DNA of 64,000 nucleotides from Patescibacteria group bacterium (GTDB lineage Bacteria; Patescibacteriota; Patescibacteriia; XYB2-FULL-38-15): NCBI GenBank assembly GCA_041737355.1, contig JBGSRW010000007.1, positions 10,556 to 74,555 of the forward strand, read 5' to 3'. Shown piece by piece: positions 58,173 to 64,000 of this stretch (position 1 is its first letter; each line of letters starts with the position of its first letter). The notes under the pieces were generated by a model. It saw only the letters and a program-made list of their open reading frames with translations, ran no database searches and was not told where the DNA came from. The position numbers and the translations under genes were made by a program.

Positions 58173-59138
58173 TTATTCCACTCGCCACTCTTCCCCTATT
58201 TTAACCAATTTTCCGGGAATGGTAAAACCTGCCGCTTTGGCGTGTCCACCTCCGCCGAAAGCCTTGGCTAAACGCGAAACATCAATTCCCGGAGTAGTTG
58301 TTCTGAAGCTTCCTTTGATTTTTCCGTCTTCAAGGGCCTTCAGGACCAAAACTATCTTCGCTCCCTTTAAATTATTCAAAAAATTGGTTACTCCTTCGAG
58401 CGCTTCTTCGCCCAAATTGGCCAAACTTAAGTCGTCTTTGGTAATGACGGTTGTTACGAATCCGAGCGACTTGTTCTCGGTCAGGCGGGAGAGAATTTCC
58501 CCCCAGAATTTCAAGACAGAGAGGGATTTATTCTTCAAAACATTGGTTGAGATTTCGCCCAGGCGGGCGCCTTTTGCCAAAAGTTCTCCGGCCGCCTCAA
58601 GCGAGGCGAAAGTCGTGGCCGGGTTGCTGAAATTTGCCGTGTCGGTAATAAGGCCGGTCAGGAGGCAGGTTGCCGTATCCTTGTCGATAAGGAAGCCATA
58701 CTCTTTCAGGATGTTAAAAATAATTTCTACGGTTGAAGACGACTCCGGGTCGACAATGTTTATCAGGCCGAAATTTTCATTGGTCTGGTGATGGTCGATA
58801 TTTATGATGGAAAAGTTTTCCGGCAGAGCGCGGAGCTCTTTTTCCAATCCGGTCTGCTTGAGGTCGCCGCAGTCCAAAATAACAATTAAATCAAAAGCCT
58901 GTAAATTAATTTTTTCCGGTTCGCTTCGAACTTTTTGCCGTCCGGGCAGAAAATCAGCGGTCGGGGTGACCGGACCAAGGGAAAAAACGGTATTTTCTTT
59001 TCCCAGTCCATCCAGAAAATTGGAAAAAGCCAAACTGGATCCGAGGGCGTCGCCGTCGGGTTTTTGGTGGGTCAAGACGAGAATATTTTTTGCCCCAATA
59101 ATTAGTTGTTTAATTTTATTGATTGTCAGTTGGTTCAT
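58173..59138 (-). CDS. DHH-family phosphoesterase (NrnA-like oligoribonuclease/pAp phosphatase)
   Basis: 'DGDALGS' and 'IDHHQTNENFG' DHH motifs plus 'GGGHAKAAG' DHHA1. Confidence 0.8.
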   Translation of the reverse strand: MNQLTINKIKQLIIGAKNILVLTHQKPDGDALGSSLAFSNFLDGLGKENTVFSLGPVTPTADFLPGRQKVRSEPEKINLQAFDLIVILDCGDLKQTGLEKELRALPENFSIINIDHHQTNENFGLINIVDPESSSTVEIIFNILKEYGFLIDKDTATCLLTGLITDTANFSNPATTFASLEAAGELLAKGARLGEISTNVLKNKSLSVLKFWGEILSRLTENKSLGFVTTVITKDDLSLANLGEEALEGVTNFLNNLKGAKIVLVLKALEDGKIKGSFRTTTPGIDVSRLAKAFGGGGHAKAAGFTIPGKLVKIGEEWRVE

Positions 59139-59469
59139 TTTTGACTTGGTTTATCAGGTTTTCCACGACCGCAGCCCGGGCTTCGCCCGTGTCAACTTTA
59201 AAGGTAATTTTAGGAACGAATTTGGTGGACATTTTTTTGAATAATTTTCTTTCAAATTCCCGAAGGGATCTGATGGCGACTTTCATGGCTTGGGGGGTGA
59301 ATCTTTCCGGCAAAACCGAAAGCCAGACCTGGGCATATTTCAGATCGGGGGTAACTTTTGCCCGGGTAATGGTAACAAGGCATTCAAGAGGAAACTCAAC
59401 CTCCCGGCTGAAAAATTCGCTCATTTCCCGGATAATGTATTCGTCCAATTGTTCTGTTCTTAACGACAT
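59116..59469 (-). CDS. rbfA: ribosome-binding factor A
   Basis: 117 aa. 'VTITRAKVTPDLKYAQVWLSV' is a typical RbfA core. Confidence 0.8.
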   Translation of the reverse strand: MSLRTEQLDEYIIREMSEFFSREVEFPLECLVTITRAKVTPDLKYAQVWLSVLPERFTPQAMKVAIRSLREFERKLFKKMSTKFVPKITFKVDTGEARAAVVENLINQVKNEPTDNQ

Positions 59470-59552
59470 AAAAAGATAATTTATGAATAACCTATCTTAA
59501 TACTATCACGAAATCTTGTCAAAGGCAGGAGTAAATTGTAGAATATATCAAT

Positions 59553-61787
59553 ATGTACTTACAGAAATTGGAAATTCAAGGATTCAAGTCTTTCGCCAAT
59601 AAGACCGTTTTGGAATTTACCCCGAAAAGCAAAGATAAAAAAAGCATTACCGCGGTCGTCGGGCCGAACGGTTCGGGAAAATCCAATGTGGCCGACGCGA
59701 TCCGCTGGGTGCTTGGCGAGCAGAGTTTGAAATTGCTCCGGGGAAAGAAATCGGAAGATGTGATTTTTTCCGGCTCCCCCAAAAAACCGCGGATGGGTTT
59801 TGCCGAGGTTTCATTATATTTAAATAATGAAGACGGCCAAGCCCCGATTGATTACCGTGAAGTGGTTTTGACCCGCCGGGTATATCGGGACGGTGAAGGC
59901 GAATATTTGATCAACAAAAACAAGGTCCGGCTTTCCGATGTCTTAATGCTTTTGGCCCAGTCAAACTTCGGCCAAAAAAATTACAGCATTATCGGCCAGG
60001 GCCAGGTTGACGCGATTCTCTTGGCTACTCCTCTTGAGCGCAAAGAATTTTTTGATGAAGCTACGGGCGTTGAGCAGTACCAAATTAAGCGCCTTCAGGC
60101 TTTGAATAAACTTAGGGCGAGTGAAGAAAATTTGGGGCAAGCGGCGACACTTTTCGCCGAAATTGAGCCGCGCGTCCGGTCGCTTTCCCGCCAAATGAAA
60201 CGGCTCGCCGAAAGGAGCAAGACAGAAGGCGAACTTAGGGATTTGCAAAAAAAATATTACGGCCATCTTTGGCGCGACGTAAACGGCAAAATGAAACAGG
60301 AAGACGACAGGACAAGTCCGCTTTTGGCCAAGAAAAAAATATTAGAAGAAGCTGTCGCCGAAACGGAGGGAAAGCTGCGGGCCATAGAGAAAGATCATCC
60401 TTCGTCCGGTATTTTCAGGCAGTTTCAGGAAGAGTACGAGAAATTATTCGAGGAAAAAAACCGTCTGCGCGAGCGCGACATGATGGTAAAAAATAAAATT
60501 GCCCTGAGCCAGCATGTGGAAATGGTGCGGCCGATGGCGATGCCTGCCGGAGAAGTTGAGGCGGCAATTGAAAATTTTTATGGGAAATACGAAATATTTG
60601 TAGGAAAATTGGTTAAGGCCAAGGGCGTCGACGAATTGACGGTGCTGCAAAAAGAAGCGGAAGTTTTACGCCGGGAATTCCAGGAATTTTTTGATAAGCT
60701 CAAGCGCCGGCCGGCAAAAAGCGAGGCGGCGAAAGTCGACCCTGGTCTCGAGAAAGAGTTGCAAAAAATAGCCGAAGAAGTCGAAAAAATAAACCGGGCG
60801 CTTACCGAGGTTCAGGTAAAGCTGGAAAATTTCAACCGCGAACAGGAAGCCGAAAGACGGGGGCTTTTTGATCTGCAACGCGCCTTGCAGCAAAAGCAGC
60901 ATGAACTTTACGTCTTGACTTCGGAAATTAACGCGATTCAAGTTGAAAACGCCGGAATGGCCGCCCGCCGCGAAGATTTGGAACGGGAAATTATGCAGGA
61001 ACTCGGAAGTATGGCCGAACTTGCCGGAGACGGAAGTTTTGAGCCGGATTGGCCCGAGAAAATTTTCCGCTTGAAGCACCAGCTTGAATTGATCGGCGGG
61101 ATCGATCCGGAAATTGAAAAAGAATATGGCGAAACAAATACCCGTTATGAATTTTTAAAAACCCAAATTGCCGATTTACGCGGGGCGATCGAATCGCTAA
61201 TGAAGGTCGTCCGCGAGCTGGATGGGATTATCAAAAAACAATTTGATTCTACTTTTAACAAAATAAACGATGAGTTCGGAAAATATTTTAAAATTCTTTT
61301 TGGCGGAGGCAAGGCGCAGCTGCTTTTAAAAAAAGAAACCAAAGAGGAAGAAGGGCCGGAAATTCTGGGCGAGGGTGAAATGCCGGTCGAGACCGAGACC
61401 GAGAAAACGAAATCGGAAGAATTTATAGCCGGAGTGGAAATAGAGGCGACTCCGCCGGGCAAACGGTTAAAAGGGGTTGGTATGCTCTCCGGCGGCGAAC
61501 GGGCCCTAACCTCGATTGCCCTTCTTTCGGCAATTATCGCTAACAACCCGGCGCCGTTCGTCGTTTTGGACGAAGTCGACGCGGCTCTTGATGAATCAAA
61601 CTCGGTGCGTTTCGCCGACATTATTGAGGAGCTGACGGGGAAAGCCCAGTTTATTTTGATTACCCACAACCGTGCGACCATGCATAAGGCCAGCGTGCTT
61701 TACGGAGTAACTATGGAGTCGGACGGCGTTTCAAGGCTTTTGAGCCTTAACCTTGAGGAAGCGGAAAAGGCAGTGGCAAAAACTTGA
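59553..61787 (+). CDS. SMC-family chromosome segregation ATPase (short, 744 aa)
   Basis: N-terminus 'LEIQGFKSFANKTVLEF...ITAVVGPNGSGKSNVADAIRWVLGEQS'. C-terminal 'LSGGERALTSIA' signature motif and 'VVLDEVDAALD' Walker B. Much shorter than the canonical ~1150 aa, with no obvious hinge. Confidence 0.75.
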   Translation: MYLQKLEIQGFKSFANKTVLEFTPKSKDKKSITAVVGPNGSGKSNVADAIRWVLGEQSLKLLRGKKSEDVIFSGSPKKPRMGFAEVSLYLNNEDGQAPIDYREVVLTRRVYRDGEGEYLINKNKVRLSDVLMLLAQSNFGQKNYSIIGQGQVDAILLATPLERKEFFDEATGVEQYQIKRLQALNKLRASEENLGQAATLFAEIEPRVRSLSRQMKRLAERSKTEGELRDLQKKYYGHLWRDVNGKMKQEDDRTSPLLAKKKILEEAVAETEGKLRAIEKDHPSSGIFRQFQEEYEKLFEEKNRLRERDMMVKNKIALSQHVEMVRPMAMPAGEVEAAIENFYGKYEIFVGKLVKAKGVDELTVLQKEAEVLRREFQEFFDKLKRRPAKSEAAKVDPGLEKELQKIAEEVEKINRALTEVQVKLENFNREQEAERRGLFDLQRALQQKQHELYVLTSEINAIQVENAGMAARREDLEREIMQELGSMAELAGDGSFEPDWPEKIFRLKHQLELIGGIDPEIEKEYGETNTRYEFLKTQIADLRGAIESLMKVVRELDGIIKKQFDSTFNKINDEFGKYFKILFGGGKAQLLLKKETKEEEGPEILGEGEMPVETETEKTKSEEFIAGVEIEATPPGKRLKGVGMLSGGERALTSIALLSAIIANNPAPFVVLDEVDAALDESNSVRFADIIEELTGKAQFILITHNRATMHKASVLYGVTMESDGVSRLLSLNLEEAEKAVAKT

Positions 61788-61850
61788 CATTTAGGGAAGG
61801 TTTTGGCAAAATCACAACATAACTAAATTAACCGAAAATAACAACTATTT

Positions 61851-62186
61851 ATGCTTTCCATCCGATTATCGCGAACCGGAAAAAAGAACCAGCCGTCCTA
61901 TCGGTTGATTGTTTCTGAAAAAACCAAAGATCCTTGGGGTACCTACCTTGAGATTTTAGGGCATTATAATCCGCGGAGCGAAGCTAAAATCGTCGACCTG
62001 AAAGAAGACAGATTGAAATACTGGATAGGAAAAGGTGCGCAGCTTTCCGCTACGGTCAACAATCTTCTTGTGACCGCGGGCGTTATCGCCACAAAAAAAA
62101 TGAAAGTTCAGCGGAGAAAAAAGGTTAAAGGAGCCGAGGTGGCAAAACCGGCTGAAGCGCCAAAGGCCGAAGCCCCAAAAGCTTAG
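61851..62186 (+). CDS. rpsP: 30S ribosomal protein S16 with Ala/Lys-rich C-terminal extension
   Basis: 'MLSIRLSRTGKKNQPSYRLIVSE' is the canonical S16 start. Confidence 0.9.
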   Translation: MLSIRLSRTGKKNQPSYRLIVSEKTKDPWGTYLEILGHYNPRSEAKIVDLKEDRLKYWIGKGAQLSATVNNLLVTAGVIATKKMKVQRRKKVKGAEVAKPAEAPKAEAPKA

Positions 62187-62293
62187 GGATTGACTTTTTT
62201 TTAAGAAAATGATATCTTTAAAATATAAATAGCTGTACTGTGCCAAGGTCGAGCAGTAGGAAGGCTATTCTACACTTAACAAGACTGAAACGT

Positions 62294-62620
62294 ATGGCAG
62301 AACGAGACCAAGAGTTCGTTGAATACATCGTCAGAGGGATCGTCAATCATCCGGAAGACGTCAAGACCGAAAGAACGGTCGACGAAATGGGAGTTTTAAT
62401 CACTCTCAAAATTCATCCGGAAGATATGGGCTACGTGATCGGCAAGCAGGGTCAAACCGCTCGCTCGATCAGAACCCTTCTGAAGATCGTCGGTGCGAAG
62501 GAAAAAGCCAGAGTCAATTTGAAGATCTATGAACCGGAAGGTTCACGGATGAATCGAAGAGGCCCGGCTCCTACTACCTCCGATGTTGATACTTCTGATG
62601 TCGATGAGTTAAAAATCTAA
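62294..62620 (+). CDS. KH-domain RNA-binding protein (YlqC/UPF0109-like)
   Basis: 'VIGKQGQTARSIRTLLKIVGAK' KH GXXG motif. Start trimmed to the ATG at 62294. Confidence 0.75.
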   Translation: MAERDQEFVEYIVRGIVNHPEDVKTERTVDEMGVLITLKIHPEDMGYVIGKQGQTARSIRTLLKIVGAKEKARVNLKIYEPEGSRMNRRGPAPTTSDVDTSDVDELKI

Positions 62621-62715
62621 AATTTCGACATACAAAAATAACGCGCCACAAAATGGCGCGTTATTTTATTTATTAAGGCCTCGACAAAAAGACACAAAAA
62701 CAATATAATATCACT

Positions 62716-63378
62716 ATGATTAATTTTGATATTATAACAATTTTCCCCAAAATTTTTGACTCTTATTTTTCCGAGAGCATTGTTTCGCGCGCCCAAAAAA
62801 ATAAGCTGATAAAGATAAATATTCACGATTTACGGAAGCGGACGATCGATCAACGAAAGACGGTCGACGATAAACCCTACGGCGGAGGCCCTGGCATGGT
62901 CATGAAAATTGAACCGCTCACCAAGGCGCTCCGTACGATGAAGAAAAATAAAAAAACCAAAGTAATTTTATTCTCTGCCGGAGGGAAACAGTTTGATAAC
63001 GCGGTGGCGGCTGATTTGGCAAAAAAAGATGATCATCTGATTTTGATCTGCGGCCATTACGAAGGGGTGGATGAACGGATAAAAAAAGTAATTAAAGATT
63101 TGGGGTTTGATTTTTCGGAAATTTCCATCGGGCCGTATGTATTGACCGGTGGCGAACTGCCGGCCATGGTTTTAACCGACGCGGTGGCCCGGCAAATCCC
63201 CGGCGTTTTGGGAAAAACCGAATCGCTTGAAGAAAAGCGTCTTGGCGTCGGCGTGCCGGCCTACACCCGGCCGGAAATTTTCACCCTGAAGGGTAAAAAA
63301 TATCCCGTGCCAAAGGTTTTATTGTCGGGTGATCACAAGAAAATCGAAGAGTGGAGAAGGGGCCGGTTAGGAAGGTAA
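62716..63378 (+). CDS. trmD: tRNA (guanine37-N1)-methyltransferase
   Basis: 'INFDIITIFPKIF' N-terminus, 'DDKPYGGGPGMVM' and 'LICGHYEGVDERI' TrmD motifs. Confidence 0.9.
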   Translation: MINFDIITIFPKIFDSYFSESIVSRAQKNKLIKINIHDLRKRTIDQRKTVDDKPYGGGPGMVMKIEPLTKALRTMKKNKKTKVILFSAGGKQFDNAVAADLAKKDDHLILICGHYEGVDERIKKVIKDLGFDFSEISIGPYVLTGGELPAMVLTDAVARQIPGVLGKTESLEEKRLGVGVPAYTRPEIFTLKGKKYPVPKVLLSGDHKKIEEWRRGRLGR

Positions 63379-63410
63379 AGTACGGTGTGGAAAAGGTGTG
63401 GAAAAGCCCC

Positions 63411-63439
63411 TTGACACAAAAAATGAAAGGCGTTAAAAT
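63411..63439 (+). promoter_or_regulatory. rRNA operon promoter P1 (TTGACA-17-TAAAAT)
   Basis: Consensus -35 and near-consensus -10 with 17 nt spacing, about 275 nt upstream of the 16S 5' end. Confidence 0.5.
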
Positions 63440-63514
63440 ATACTTGTTCTATAGAGTTGTCGCGTTTTTTGCTTTATTCTTAAAGAAAAAACTGCCAAAC
63501 ATACATCTAGAAAA

Positions 63515-63543
63515 TTGACAACTTAAAAGGTACGATGTAATAT
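63515..63543 (+). promoter_or_regulatory. rRNA operon promoter P2 (TTGACA-17-TAATAT)
   Basis: Second tandem sigma70-like promoter. Two further TTGACA hexamers lie at 63591 and 63603. Confidence 0.45.
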
Positions 63544-63711
63544 ATTTTTGTCGCTAGAAATAGCGACATTTAATATCTCTTTGACAATATAATAAATTTA
63601 AGTTGACAACTTAAAGCAACAGAAAGTACGCCAATTTGTTTTGGTGCTCAACCAAAACACTCCGTCGAAAGACGGAGCCTTACGTATTTAAATTTCATTT
63701 AAATACTTTTT

Positions 63712-64000
<289 letters not shown>

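Overview
This 64 kb window looks like a backbone chromosome segment of a small-genome bacterium, and it contains the replication-origin neighbourhood. The gene content is consistent with a CPR/Patescibacteria-like organism (for example a mini-SMC, GH57/glgA glucan genes, nucleotide-salvage genes and tandem pilin-like genes), but I cannot confirm the lineage without a search. Background GC is roughly 45-48% by eye. Against this, three short islands of about 60% GC and one 3.8 kb island of about 30% GC stand out as probable horizontal acquisitions.

Housekeeping genes are recognisable from their protein motifs: ruvB, typA/bipA, galU, rpoB-rpoC, a YebC-family regulator, ruvC, glgA, class A PBP, dnaN, dnaA, yidD, rnpA, rpmH, tig, clpP, rbfA, an SMC-like ATPase, rpsP, a KH-domain protein, trmD, and the 5' end of a 16S rRNA gene with tandem sigma70-like promoters. 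There is one tRNA-Ser(CGA).

The most unusual locus is 16340-21580. Nine same-strand, tightly spaced paralogous genes share a conserved ~70 aa C-terminal double-helix membrane module ('YGG-x-x-W-M-T-A-G-G...K-x-K') but carry hypervariable N-terminal ectodomains. Two of these ectodomains are 150 aa cysteine-rich modules, one is an Ala-rich repetitive domain, and two end in Thr/Pro tails. The array sits directly downstream of galU and a solute-binding protein in what looks like a single operon. From memory, the conserved module resembles the TrbC/VirB2-like 'T4SS pilin' family that is expanded in CPR genomes. No other T4SS component is present in the window.

A second locus of interest is the AT-rich island at 33367-37200. 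It carries a Type II R-M pair: a C5-cytosine methyltransferase with an N-terminal MerR-type HTH, and a PD-(D/E)xK endonuclease, with a palindromic candidate operator between them. Two uncharacterised co-oriented genes follow, one with an Rx5H HEPN-like motif. A ~27 bp imperfect-dyad element is repeated twice in the island.

The GC-rich islands (8399-9085, 21650-22600 and 55760-56990, plus the GGDEF gene at 2495-3451) encode lipoprotein-like or small hypothetical proteins with strong GGAGGAG Shine-Dalgarno sites.

A candidate oriC with a perfect DnaA box lies in the dnaA-dnaN intergenic region. All calls rest on motif recognition by eye; no database search was possible.
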